Source: Piromyces finnis finn
Taxonomy: Eukaryota; Fungi; Neocallimastigomycota
Direction: 5' to 3'
NCBI GenBank assembly: GCA_002104945.1
Contig: MCFH01000018.1
Span: 372,001-436,000 of the forward strand
DNA: 64,000 nucleotides
The translations under genes and the position numbers were made by a program. How positions within the stretch are numbered: position 1 is the stretch's first letter; the number at the start of each line of letters is the position of its first letter. Under the pieces are notes generated by a model that saw only the letters and a list, made by a program, of their open reading frames with translations, did no database searches and was not told where the DNA came from. This document shows positions 1 to 12,500 of this stretch, one piece after another.

Positions 1-6
1 CTTATT

Positions 7-3000
7 TTAGCTAACCTTTTGTGTAATTGGTTGGTTGATGTTCATATCAAATCCTTTAGACTTTAACTTTTTTACTGGATTTTCATTAACTAATTTGGTT
101 ATAGTCTCATGTTTTATATTATGCTTTCTCTTATTAGAAGTTGTATCCTTTTTTCCTTTTAAATTATTACTTTTGACTTTTCCTAATTCTTTTTCTTTTT
201 TTATTTCATCACTTTCATTATTATCTAAATTTAAATTTTCTTTAGATTTTTTTTCTTGTGAATCGCTTCCTTCAGAACTATCTCCATTATCAGAACTAGA
301 GCTTTCTCCAGAACTATGATATACTTCTTCAGCTAATAATTCCAATTCACCAGAAACAAGTCTTTTTAATAATTCTTTCTTTTCATGTTTATTCATTTTT
401 TCATCATTTTTTAATTCTTCTTCCTCATCAGAAGAAATATCAACGCTAACAACTTCATAAACTCCATATCTAGAATCATCATTACTATTTTGACGAATTT
501 TACAATATTTTGCAATATGCTTTTCATTATCAGTATATTCTTCTTCTTCTTCTTCATTTAATAAACCATATTTACTAAAATGTTCAACATTAAATGACCA
601 ACAACCAGTTTCAATATCAAAAGAAATAAATTCAGTCTCTGGCATAGTTTTTAATTTCTTCATATGTCTCTTGAATCTTGGATGTTCCACATCTAAAATT
701 GGTTTTTGGGTAGCTTTATCCATAGTCCAACATTTTAATAATTCAATATGAGCTGGTACATTCAATCCTTGACCAACTGGTGGTTTGTTTTCTTCACCTG
801 GATATACAGTACAAACCTTTGGTTCAATAATAATAATTGAGCCAAAAATTTTAACAATACCATTGCGATCATTAGTTGGTGAAGCTGATATTAAATCAAC
901 TGGTTCTAAGAAATGAACAGAACCAACACCAGGATATGTAACAATTAAATCCTTAACATGCTTCAATTCTTCATTTGTCATACGATTCATTTCAGAAAGA
1001 GATGGTGAAATAATATAATCGTTAACATATGATGTTTTAGTTTCTTGAGTTTCAACCTTAATTTCATTTTTAGTATTAATTGTTGTTTCGTTAGTTTCTG
1101 TTACAGTTCTACCTGGAGTCAAGAATATACTAGATTTATTAACACTTCCAGTACTTTTATTCAAAGTAAATGGTGTAACATTCAATTTTTGCTTATTTGG
1201 AGTACTAATTTCAAGATTTTCATTGAAGTTAATTTTTTTGCTTTCCTTTTGAATAAATAATGAAGATGAAATTGGCTTAATAATTTCACTCTTCTCTTCT
1301 TCTTTATTAATAATCAACTTTTTGATACTTTTTCTAGTGACAAGTTTATTAGCCAATTGTGGATCATCAATATTTCTACTATCAAATAATGTTTTTTTAA
1401 TCAATTCAGGTTTTGAACCTGGGGATGGGGCTGAAAATCCTTGAAGCTTTATTTTAGTTGTAGCTTTTGGTGTTGTCTTGTATTGAGAAGAACTTATTGA
1501 TTTTTTAATCTTTGATGTTTCAGATACTTCAGTTTTTGAAGAACCTAATACATTAGAAGATGCTACAGTTTCAAATAATGGATTAATACCATATGGGGCC
1601 TGATCGATTGATGCTTGTAATGGTGCTTGATTTAATCCAGTATTCATTCCACTAAATGTTGATGTTGTAGTGTTACCAAAAAGACATCCAGTAGCTGGTT
1701 TTGCTGTATTGAATGATGAAAAACTGGTTGTAGCAGGTTTAGAACCAAATAATGAATTATTTTGTGTACCGAATGAAGTATTGGTTGTTCCTGTACTGTT
1801 AAATGAAAACATTGGTTTATTTCCAGCATTTAATGTAGAAGTCGCTGGTTTATTTAAATTTAATCCTCCTCCAATTGCTGGCTTATTACCAAATAATGAA
1901 CCAGTTGTAGCAGTGTTGTTATTACTTCCAAACAAACCAGTACTAGTTGTATTATTTTGAGTATTTCCAAACAAACTGTTAGATGTATTATTATTATTGT
2001 TGTTGTTGTTTCCAAATGAAAATGATGAACCAAACATTCCAGTACTACCAGCAGGCTTATTCATTGATAAACTTGTATTGTTTTGAGTGTTACCAAAACC
2101 AAATCCGGATGTACTAGTATTAGTTGCTGGTTTCATACCAAAAGAATTATTTGTACTTCCAAAAGCACTTGTATTATTTTGATTATTTCCAAAATTAAAT
2201 CCTGTAGAGGTATTATTACTACCAAATGCTGATGTGGTATTATTATTATTATTATTACCAAAAGTCGAACTACCAAAACCACCAAAACCAGTATTTGCGG
2301 GTTTCAAAGAACTTCCAAAAGTATTATTGTTATTCATTTGACCAAATGTATTATTTTGATTAGAACCAAACAATCCACCACTAGTGTTATTATTAGAACC
2401 AAATGTATTATTGGAACCAAATGCATTATTATTTTGGCCAAATGAATTTGAATTCATTTGATTTTGACCAAAAGTATTTGAACTTCCAAAAGCAGGTTTT
2501 TGACCAAATGCTATATTTATAATTATAATAATATTAATATTAATATTAATAAATAAATATGTTTTTGTTAAATAAATTAACATTTAAACAAAATTAATAA
2601 CATAAAAAGAACGTGTTACTTTACCTGAATTATTATTTGAATTCATAAAACTATTATTTCCAAATGTATTTGTTGATGATCCAAAACCATTTTGTGGGAA
2701 TTTTTTATTTAATTGATAATCTTTTAAACGTAATTCCTGTATATTATTTGAAATAGTGTTATTAGATGCTTGCATTAATTAAAATTATACAAATTATATA
2801 ACATTAAAATATACCTCAAAAGAGAAATTTTTGTATTGTGCCATTGCGGTAATACTATGGAAATTACTTGGTGTAGCAATATTTTGTTCTTTTTCTGTGG
2901 TAACTTGATATGAAGGATTACCAGTTCCTTGATTTTGCATGTTATTCATTCCTGAATTAAAGCCACCAAATCCATTATTTGATTGAGATCCAAATGTATT

Positions 3001-3543
3001 TGTACTACCAAAGGCAGAATTATTATTACCTAAAAATGATTTTCCGAATGCATTATTATTAGATCCAAATGTAGAAGTATTATCTTTTAGATTGTTAATA
3101 TATTAGAAATAGTGATTTAAATATAATTAATAAATGTTTAAATAAAAAATTATAATATTTATAAATATTTATAAATACATACTGTTATTGGAAGAAAAAC
3201 CAAAAGTTGATTGATTATTATTATTATTACTTCCAAACATAGAATTACTTTGTCCAAATGCTGGTTTACTTCCAAAGGCATTATTTGAACCAAATGCAGA
3301 GTTATTATTATTTCCAAAAGTTGATTGGCCAAATCCTCCCATAGAATTGTTTTGTTGATTATTACCAAAACCGGTATTTCCGAATGAGGAAGTACCAAAT
3401 CCTATTTATATATATTAAATATAATTAACACTTTTATAATTCATATGTCTCTAATAAGAATATTACTAAATTACATTTATTAATTTACCTGAATTTGTAT
3501 TACCAAAGGTAGATTGATTTTGATTAAATGATGATCCAAACAT
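7..3543 (-). CDS. nup98: Nucleoporin Nup98/Nup145-type (FG/GLFG repeats, GLEBS, autoproteolytic domain); probably continues off the left edge as Nup98-Nup96
   Basis: Exons read by eye on the minus strand: 3543-3489 (MFGSSFNQNQSTFGNTNS), 3401-3183, 3083-2815, 2736-2625, 2510-<=16, all with GT-AG boundaries. The GLEBS motif GTGNPSYQVTTEKEQ...FHSITAMAQYKNFSFE|ELRLKDYQ spans exons 3-4. There are many FG repeats. The Nucleoporin2 domain ends in GCWSFNVEHF/SKYGL (autocleavage site). A possible GTTAG donor near position 16 suggests the gene continues beyond the window. Confidence 0.95.
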
Positions 3544-4099
3544 TTTTTTTTTTTTTTTTATTGTTATTAATTATTGAAATTATAATTAAAAAATACTACA
3601 AAATAATGTAATATCGAAATATAATTTTATTATTGTTGATAATTATATTATTATTAAATATAACAAAACAAGGATGAATAAATTAAAAAAAAATAAAATA
3701 AAAATAAATTTTAGTTTATAGATCTAAATTAATTAAAAATATCTAAAGATTCTTATAATAATGATTGTATAAAAATCGTTAATAAACTAATTGTTTAAAG
3801 TTTTATTTTATATATTTTTATTTTAATCTTTACATATAAAAATTCTTCAAACAACCGTCTTAACGATCTTAATTTATACAATTATATCTATAAAATAAAA
3901 ATAAAATAAAGATAAAAACAAAAAAAATAAAAAAAAAAAATTTTTTTTATTATATTATAATAAACTTTTATTTAATAAAAATAACTATCATATAATAATT
4001 ATATATAATTATATATAATAGATGATACATTAAAAAAAAAATACAACATATATTTATTGTAATAATCTATAATTAAATAGTAACATAGCATAAATATAT

Positions 4100-4107
4100 T
4101 CACGTGA
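4100..4107. promoter_or_regulatory. Candidate E-box (TCACGTGA) upstream of nup98
   Basis: A CpG-containing palindrome in near-pure AT intergenic DNA, ~560 bp upstream of the ATG. An ATTGG (reverse CCAAT) and TCATGTGA lie nearby at ~4207-4220. Confidence 0.4.
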
Positions 4108-4321
4108 TATGTATGAAATCATATGTTATTCAAATCTAAATTATCTACATTTTTTAACTAAAAAAAATCTACATTTTTATTAACATAATATTATATAATA
4201 TTATAATTGGTTATCATGTGATTAATAAAAAATTTGGAGAATATTATATCTAAAAAATAATAAAATAAAAATGGTAGAATTTTTATTTTTTCTTTTATTT
4301 TTAAAAATTTAAATTCATATT

Positions 4322-4373
4322 TTATAACCCAATAGTAGATGTTTGATGGATATTATATTCCTCATCTAGTATG

Positions 4374-4408
<35 letters not shown>

Positions 4409-7400
4409 ATTATTATTATGATTAAATAGTTTAATATCAATATCATCAAATTATTATAATAATTATGATAGTTACGTAAATTTCTGATATCCTTTGAATT
4501 TTTCCATACATCATACCTATTTAATTAAATTCATTATTATTAATAATTAAACTTAAATATTTTATTTTATACATTTTATTTAATGTAATATATATTTACT
4601 TAATGGACCAATTTTCATAATGAATATAATATTTAATATTATTTTTTTCATCAAATTGAATTTCTTTAATTATTGCTCTGTACCATCCATACTCTGAAAA
4701 ACAATCAACTAGATCATTAATTCTATATAATTTTACTGAATGTAAATTATTATAATATTTTTCTTAAAAAAAAAAAATCAGAAAAAAAGTGATATATTCA
4801 AAATTAATTGAATTTAATTTTAATTATAATACTTACTATTAGTAGTTAACTGGAATTATATTATAATTTTATAAATTTATAAATTTATAAATATTATTAT
4901 TATTATTACATTAATTATTATTATTATATTATTATTATTATTATAATTAATATTGATTATATGGCTATAGTTACATTATTATTTAAGGACGATATATCAT
5001 TATTTTGAATAATATCCCATTGACTACTATACAAATCATGTAATCTCTCTAAAAGAGAATTTATTCCATAATATTTATATTCTTCAGTTTTTCCATTCCG
5101 TGGAGATTTCTATTAAAATAAAGTATCATTAGATATATATATATTTATTATGTATTACAAATTAAAATTTAACTTACAATATCTATTTCAGATTCTTTAT
5201 TTTTATATGATAAATATTTTTTTAATTTCCTTCTGCAATAACTATTTCTTATAAATTCTAGATCAATATTTGTTATTACTATAATATTTTTCATTTAGTT
5301 AATACGATTTTAATAATAATATAATATCTTTAAAAAATTATTATTTTATTATAGTTTATATATACTGTTTTGTTGACGTTGCTCATATTTATCATCAAAT
5401 AAAGTGTTATAAATAATTTCTGGAGTTATTAAAGGGTCTAAATATATTGGATGACGATCATAAACCATTGAATTAACTTTAGGTGAGTTCTTTACAGGTA
5501 ATGAACGATTTAATAGATTATAATTATATGCTTTTATTTTTTTTTTAAAAAAATAATAATTAATATAACTTATAATGCATATAAAAAAAAAAAAAATATT
5601 TTTTACCTGTTTTATCATTAGTCTCATATTTCCTAACTTTGTCAGACATTTGAGTAAACAAGTAATGATTTCTATATTTATTATCAGTTTCTAGTCCAAG
5701 TGAATAATCCGAAAATCCATAGTAAAATAAAGTATCATATGACAAATTTGAAGGAATATTACTATTTAATGAAAACTTTTTTTTTTTGACAACTCTATTT
5801 ACAGTTTTTAAATGATTATCTAAAACATATCTCCTTTTTCTATTAAAAGCATTGTTTGTATAATCAGTTCCATTAATAAAATCATTTAAAGAATTTCTAC
5901 TTTTACTCTCAATTTCATTTTCATTATTATTCTCATCTTCCTTTTTAATAATTAATTCATTTTCCTTATTTTTACGTGGTACAGTTTCACATATACGACT
6001 TTTAATAATGTCCATGTAAGTTTTATTTTTAACTAAAGATCTAGTATCTGAGTTTGTATGCTTATTGTAAAAATCATATATACAATCGTAGGTTTCATCA
6101 ATTTGGTTATTTGCTATTGATTTAAAAAATAATTCCCTGAAATCATCTAAATTATCATTACTTTGAATTTCTATTTGAGACCTTTTATATTTTGGATCCT
6201 ATATTTATCATTATTTTCATCCAAATAATTAATAGTTAATAATATTAATAATAATAGATTATATTTATATTTAAAAACTTATATTTAGTGAATATTTACA
6301 CGACTTGGCCAGTTTTGACCATATATTTTATAATGTCTTAAGCAAGCATCACATTTATAATCTTTTGATATATTATCTTCTTTAGATTTTTCTATTTAGT
6401 ATTTAAATAAATTAATATTTTTAATAAAAAAACTATTTATATTTATTTATTTTTCATTTTTCAATACGGGCAATATTTTATATCTATATTTTTCATATTG
6501 TTATTATTATAATAGTTATATATAAATACTATACTTTTTTTTATTTGATTATTACAGAGGCAACAATATATATAGTCTGATTTAATCTTTGAAGATGATC
6601 TATAACTATTTGAATTACTATCTAATCTAGGTCTAAATGATAATGGTTGAGCTCTTCTTCTATGTCTAAGTACTGAAGATATGTGATGATTTGAATTGCT
6701 TTCCTTCTCACTTTCAGAAGCAGTACTTTCTTCCACAGGTCTTGAAAAACCTCCTAATTGTTTCCTTTTGGAAAAAAAATAATATATAATAATATTTAAA
6801 TATTTAAATAATAGAATTATTAGAAATGAATAACTACATGAACTTTTTTAATTTCTTATTATTGATTTTCGTAATTTAGGAATATATTTACTTTTCACAA
6901 CTTTCACATAAGCAATCGCAATTATTATTTCCAAAATACGACTCTGAATAAAATACCGTTAATTCTTCCCCAATTCTTATATCTCTAATAACTTTAAAAT
7001 AAACTTTGCCATTATTACTTATAAACTTTTAAAAAAATTTTTTTTAATACTTTTTTTTTTTTGTTTATATATCATAATTATTAATTATTATTTATTATGA
7101 ATTTAAATTATTAATTACTTCGCAATTTGGTTGACAATCATGATTCATAAATCTTCCAGGCCCTAAAAATAATGCATTACATTGTAATGATGAGGTAAAC
7201 ATGATACTAAAATCTTCGTTTTTTAAAAAAACAGCATCATTGTTTGTCATTGGACAAAGAATACCATTACAATAATTTAACACATCACCTTTATGCCATT
7301 CCTTAGTTGCTATTAAACAACTTTCTTTTTTTCCCGTTGATTTATATCTTTTAGTTTCCATTAGTTGATATCCTGCTTTGACATGATACATTTCTATATA

Positions 7401-8533
7401 TCTTTTCGCATGCCTTTGGTAAAGAAATTAATTATTTTTAATATACTGAATTATTATGATTATTAAACTAATGTGATTTTATGAAACTTACTCTTCAAAG
7501 TAGTCGAGTTCTCCTTGACTTAAAGAGTTAAAAAACTCTTTAAATGTAGGGAATTTTATTAATTTAATTGATATTAAAGAACTTAATAATTCAATTAGAA
7601 TTTAATTTAAATTTAAAAATAATGGTTTATTTATTTTAAACTACCTTAAATCATAATCCATATATAAAGAATCTGATGTTAATAACGAAAATAATTCTTT
7701 ATAACATTTATCAATTCCATATTTAGTATTTTCCTCTATTAAATTTCTCGTTAGAATATCTAGAATTGCTTCAGAAAAATCATTGTCTTCATTTGGTGAA
7801 GGAGGTTTTAAAAATAAATCTTCATTATAGCTATTTACTTTATGAGTTCTGAAACCCTTTTTAAATAAATAAATTAATAATGATAATATTGATAATAAAA
7901 TATTTAGAAACATAAAATTAAATGGTGATTTAATTTACCAATTATATTTAATAAAATGCATAAAATATAAATGTCAAAATTATAAAATATATTTATATTT
8001 ACCAAAAACAAATTGTCTATTAATATATCACATAATATATCATCAAATAAACATAATTCAAAGCAATCAACATTATTATCACCTTCTTTATGTATTTTTT
8101 TACTTAAATTATTATTTCTTTCTTGTAAATCTAATTTTGAAAAATTTTCAACTGAATTAAAATCTGATTCTGTATCATTATTCTCATTAATATCATCATT
8201 TTTCATACTTTCTGAATTTTCATTTCTATTTTCGATACTAATTTCCAATTTATCTTCCTCCATATTATCTGTTTCTGTATTAATTTCTGAATTTCCTTCT
8301 CCCATTTTTCCAATTTCTGAATTATCAATTTCGTTTTCAATTTCGATATTCTCAATTTCTGTGTTATATCTTTTCGTATTTTCTATTTTATATTCCATTT
8401 TATCTAGTTTGGTATCTTCATTATCCTCAATATCACTCTCTATATTTTCGGTTTCAAAACTTTTTAAATTTCTAGTATTTTCTTTTTTATTTTTTCTTTT
8501 TATTCTTTCTTTTGTTTTTTCTTTTCTTTCCAT
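4322..8533 (-). CDS. set9: Histone H4K20 methyltransferase Set9/KMT5 (SUV420H family), multi-exon, with putative C-terminal Tudor-knot/chromo-barrel exons
   Basis: ATG at 8533. Spliced motifs include [19 protein letters not shown]|GFRTHKVN (Set9/SUV420H N-terminal motif), FE(E/R)[43 protein letters not shown] (SET), [34 protein letters not shown] (post-SET) and [17 protein letters not shown]. The core (about 6300-8533) is confident. The downstream exons to the stop at 4322 link in frame by my reading but are less certain. Confidence 0.9.
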
Positions 8534-8561
8534 TTGTTTGATATATTTATTTTTATTTTAT

Positions 8562-8593
<32 letters not shown>

Positions 8594-8687
8594 CAAAAAT
8601 ATATATATAATATATTGGAGTTTAGATTTAGTAAATAATTATGAGTTGGTTCAACCTTACAATTTTCAATTTAAGAGTAAATAGTAC

Positions 8688-8814
8688 AAAAAAAATCTTT
8701 CCTCCGAAGAGGAATCCACTCAAGATATGCGTGTCATCCTTGCACAGGGAGCCATGCTAATCTTCTCTGTATCGTTTCCAATTTTAATAGATGTCACAAT
8801 TCAAAGAATTGGAC
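8688..8814 (-). ncRNA. U6: U6 spliceosomal snRNA (~127 nt)
   Basis: The minus strand reads GTCCAATTCTTTGAATTGTGAC (5' stem-loop), then ATCTATTAAAATTGGAAACGATACAGAGAAGATTAGCATGGCTCCCTGTGCAAGGATGACACGCA (ACAGAGA box, AGC triad, ISL), and ends in a T8 Pol III terminator. A TATTTAAATA TATA-like sequence lies about 25-30 nt upstream. Confidence 0.98.
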
Positions 8815-9380
8815 ATTTTATTATGATAAAAATTTATTATTTAAATAGATTAAAATTTTTAATTACATTTTTTAACGATTCAATTTTAAATTACATTTAT
8901 TGGTTAATTAATTTTTTAGTTAATACTATTGGATTATTATATTTGTATTATTTATTTATTTAATAACTACATATTATTTATTATATTGTTATTTATTACA
9001 ATTGTTTTATACTAGTATAAAATAATATTTATTATTTGAATTTAGTTTTACATATTTTTATAATACTGTTACTAATAATATATTATGATAATAAAATATT
9101 ATAAAATACTATCTTTTATTATTTATTAGCATATTTAATATAAACATAAATTAAAAATTCTAATCCATTAAAATAAAGTTTTAAAATGGTTATAAAAAAG
9201 AAAAATCAATTATATAATAATTTCTTCTATTTACAAATATATATTCTCATTGATATATATTTGTTTTTATGTGTATATTTAAACATATATTTTATTGATA
9301 TATATTTAAAAACTATTTAAACTAAAGTATTATAAAATGTTTAGAAAATTACATAAAATTTTCTAAACTGCAAGATAAAA

Positions 9381-9418
<38 letters not shown>

Positions 9419-9523
9419 GGGATAAAAGAAAAATAAAAAAGAAACAATAAATATTAATAAATATTGTTATATAATATAATATAATATTAATATTAAAAAA
9501 ATATTTTATGCTTATTTGTTCAT

Positions 9524-12500
9524 TTATAATGATGGTTTTGATATATGTGATTTAACTTTCATGTTAATATGATTATTAATTAATTCAATATTTTTATGTA
9601 TCTGCTTTAAATTACCATTACTTAATTCCCTTTTTATGCTTGGGGAAGATATTCTTGTTATATTATCATGGTTCATATGTTTTTTACCAAGATTTATTGA
9701 AAATTTTGTTTTATTATGGTTATAAAATGGCGATGATATAGGATTATATAAATCATCTTCTAAATCTTCATTAATGTACAAATTATCATTTCTTATATTT
9801 TTTATATTATCATAATAATGTTTATTAAGTTTATAAAAATTATTAGAATTATCTTCTAAAGATTTTTCTAAATCCTTGATTTGCGATTTATAACTTTCCT
9901 CTGATAATTTTACATCAGAAAGTTTCTTCTCCAATTCAATATGAAGATTTTTAATGTTGTTAACTTCTTTGTTTAACTCACTATTTTGTTTTTGTAGATT
10001 TTCTATTTCATCTGTTTTTTGAGTTAATCTATTTTTTAGATTCATATTTTGGATTCCCATAGTAGTTTCTTTTGTAACCCATTCTTCTTGTAAAAGATTC
10101 ATTTTTTCTTGTTGACGTTGTAGATTTCTATTATTTTCGGCTAGTCGAGATTTTAAGTCATCAATTTCTATATTTTTTTTATTTATAATACCTTGAAGTT
10201 CTTTTTCAATTTCGCTTAACTTATTATAATTTTCTGAGATTTTATCGGATTTCTCCTTAATATTAGAAAGTTTTTCATAATCTTGTTTCCAAATTTTTTC
10301 TTTTAACTTGTAATCCATCTCATTCCTTTTATAGTGAACTAGTTGTTCACTTAATTTCTTCACCGTTGATTCTAAATTTTCATATTGAACTTTTTGCTTA
10401 TTATTTTTGGCTTTTAACTGAATAAAATCGTCCTGTGTTGATTGAAGTTCTTTTAGTTCGCTCTTCATTACCTCTATTGTGTTTACATGTTCTTTAATTT
10501 GGTTTGCTAATGAAAGTTCTTTTTGTTGAAATTCAGATTCTAAATTAACCATATTGAGAATCTTTTGAGTGGATTCATCATATAATTTTTGAAGTTGTTC
10601 AATTTTTTCTTTTTGTTTTTCATTTATTTGCTTAATTCTTTCATAATCTGTTAGAATTAATGTTTGCTCTCTATATTTCGTATGAATATCATTTAATTCC
10701 ATTTGCTGAGAATGTATTTGGTTTTGTTGAATTGGAACTAATTGTTTTAATTTTTTATAATCTAAAATATCTTTTTGAGAATCAACTAAATTATTCTCTG
10801 TTTCTTCTAATCGAATTTTTAAGTCATTCAATTGATTTAATTGTTTATTATATTTGTTTTCAATATCTTCTAATTTCTTAATTTTATTTATTAAATCGTC
10901 GATTTTTTCATCTTTTTCCTTAATAACTTTTATTAATTCATTATTCCTATTTTTATAATTTTCTACCTCACTAACTACATCAGCATATCGATTTTTTAAT
11001 TTTCCAAAACTAATTAATTCATTTTTATAGTTATTAATATTGCTGATTAAAAATTCATTTTTAGTTTTTAAATTTTCATGTTCTGTTTCCAGTTCAGAAT
11101 ATTGTTTTTTTATCTTTAAATACTTTTCAACATCCTTTTTATATTCCGCAATTTTTTCATTTAATTCTTTAATTTGAATTGAATATTCAGCATATTTATT
11201 GACTTTTTCCTTCATTTGATTTATTTGGTTAACATGATAGTTAAAATTTTCTTCATTTTCTTTTAACTTTTCAGTAAGGAAAGATATTTTTATATTTTTC
11301 TCATTACTTTCTTCTATAATACTTTCATTAATACGATGTAAATTTTCATTATTAGCTTTTAATATGGCTATTTTATTTTGAATATCATTAAAATTAGCTT
11401 TTAAAATATCATTATTTTCGTTCATTGATTGAATTTTAATATTATTTTCATTAATATTTAATTTTAATTTTTCTTTTTCATCCAAAACTGATTCATAATT
11501 TTTGTTCAATTCAAAATTTTGTTCTTTTAAGTCTTTATATTTTCCTTTTATCTCACAAAGTATTTTATTTATTTCATCCATACATTTTTTAACTTTTTTT
11601 TTTTATTTTTTGTTAGTTTATTGTTATTTATATTATTATTTATACTCTTATCACTAAATACCAAGCTAGTATCATTACTGTCAGAATCATCATATTCTTT
11701 TTCGTCATTCTTTTCTTGTTTTTCATCGTCTTCAAAAATATTTTTAATTTTTTTATAATAATAAATAATATTGTCTTCATTCTATATTTTTACGTTTATA
11801 TATATGTATTATTTATTAATAATCCTATATAAATTCAAATTATACATTTTACTTAAAATTAAAATTAGTAATAAAACTATATATATATTACCTCTTTTTT
11901 TATTTCCAATAGTTCCTTTTCTAATGATTGAACCTTTGTAGAGGATTTTTCTTTCAATTCAACTAATTTTGTATTTAAATTTTTTTCATTTTCATTTTTA
12001 TCTTTTAATAATTCTTCATATTTTATTTTCATTTTTCTTAATTCACTATCTTTAATTTGATCTGCATTATTTTTTTCTATTTCGATTTTTTCTAATTCTT
12101 CCTTTTTTAATTTTTCTAATTCTTCTTTTTCATTTTTTAATTTTGACACTTCAATTTTATATTTTTGTATAAGTTTTTCTTGTTTTGAGAACTCAATTTT
12201 AATTTTGGTTAATTTATCAATATCTCTCTTTTTTAATTTTATTTCTTCAATTAATTTATCCATTTCTTCCTTTTGATTTTTTAATTCAGTAATTATATTG
12301 GTTTCCTTCAATTTATTTTTTTCATTATAATCAATTAATTCTTGATTTGAAATTTTCAACCTTTCAATACTATCATTTAAATGATGAATTATTTCTTCTT
12401 TTTTTAACATCTCCTCTTGATATTGAATGCATTGTTTTGTCATTTCCATTTTAGTTTCTCGAAGATTGTATACCTGTTCCATTATTTTTTTTTCATCATT

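Noticed and set aside
8013-8684. Antisense ORFs (for example 35..319, 1670..1960, 8013..8684, 33719..34195, 41748..42068, 49525..49815, 57514..57768)
   Set aside because: These are shadow frames opposite real low-complexity exons (S/L/F-rich mirror composition).
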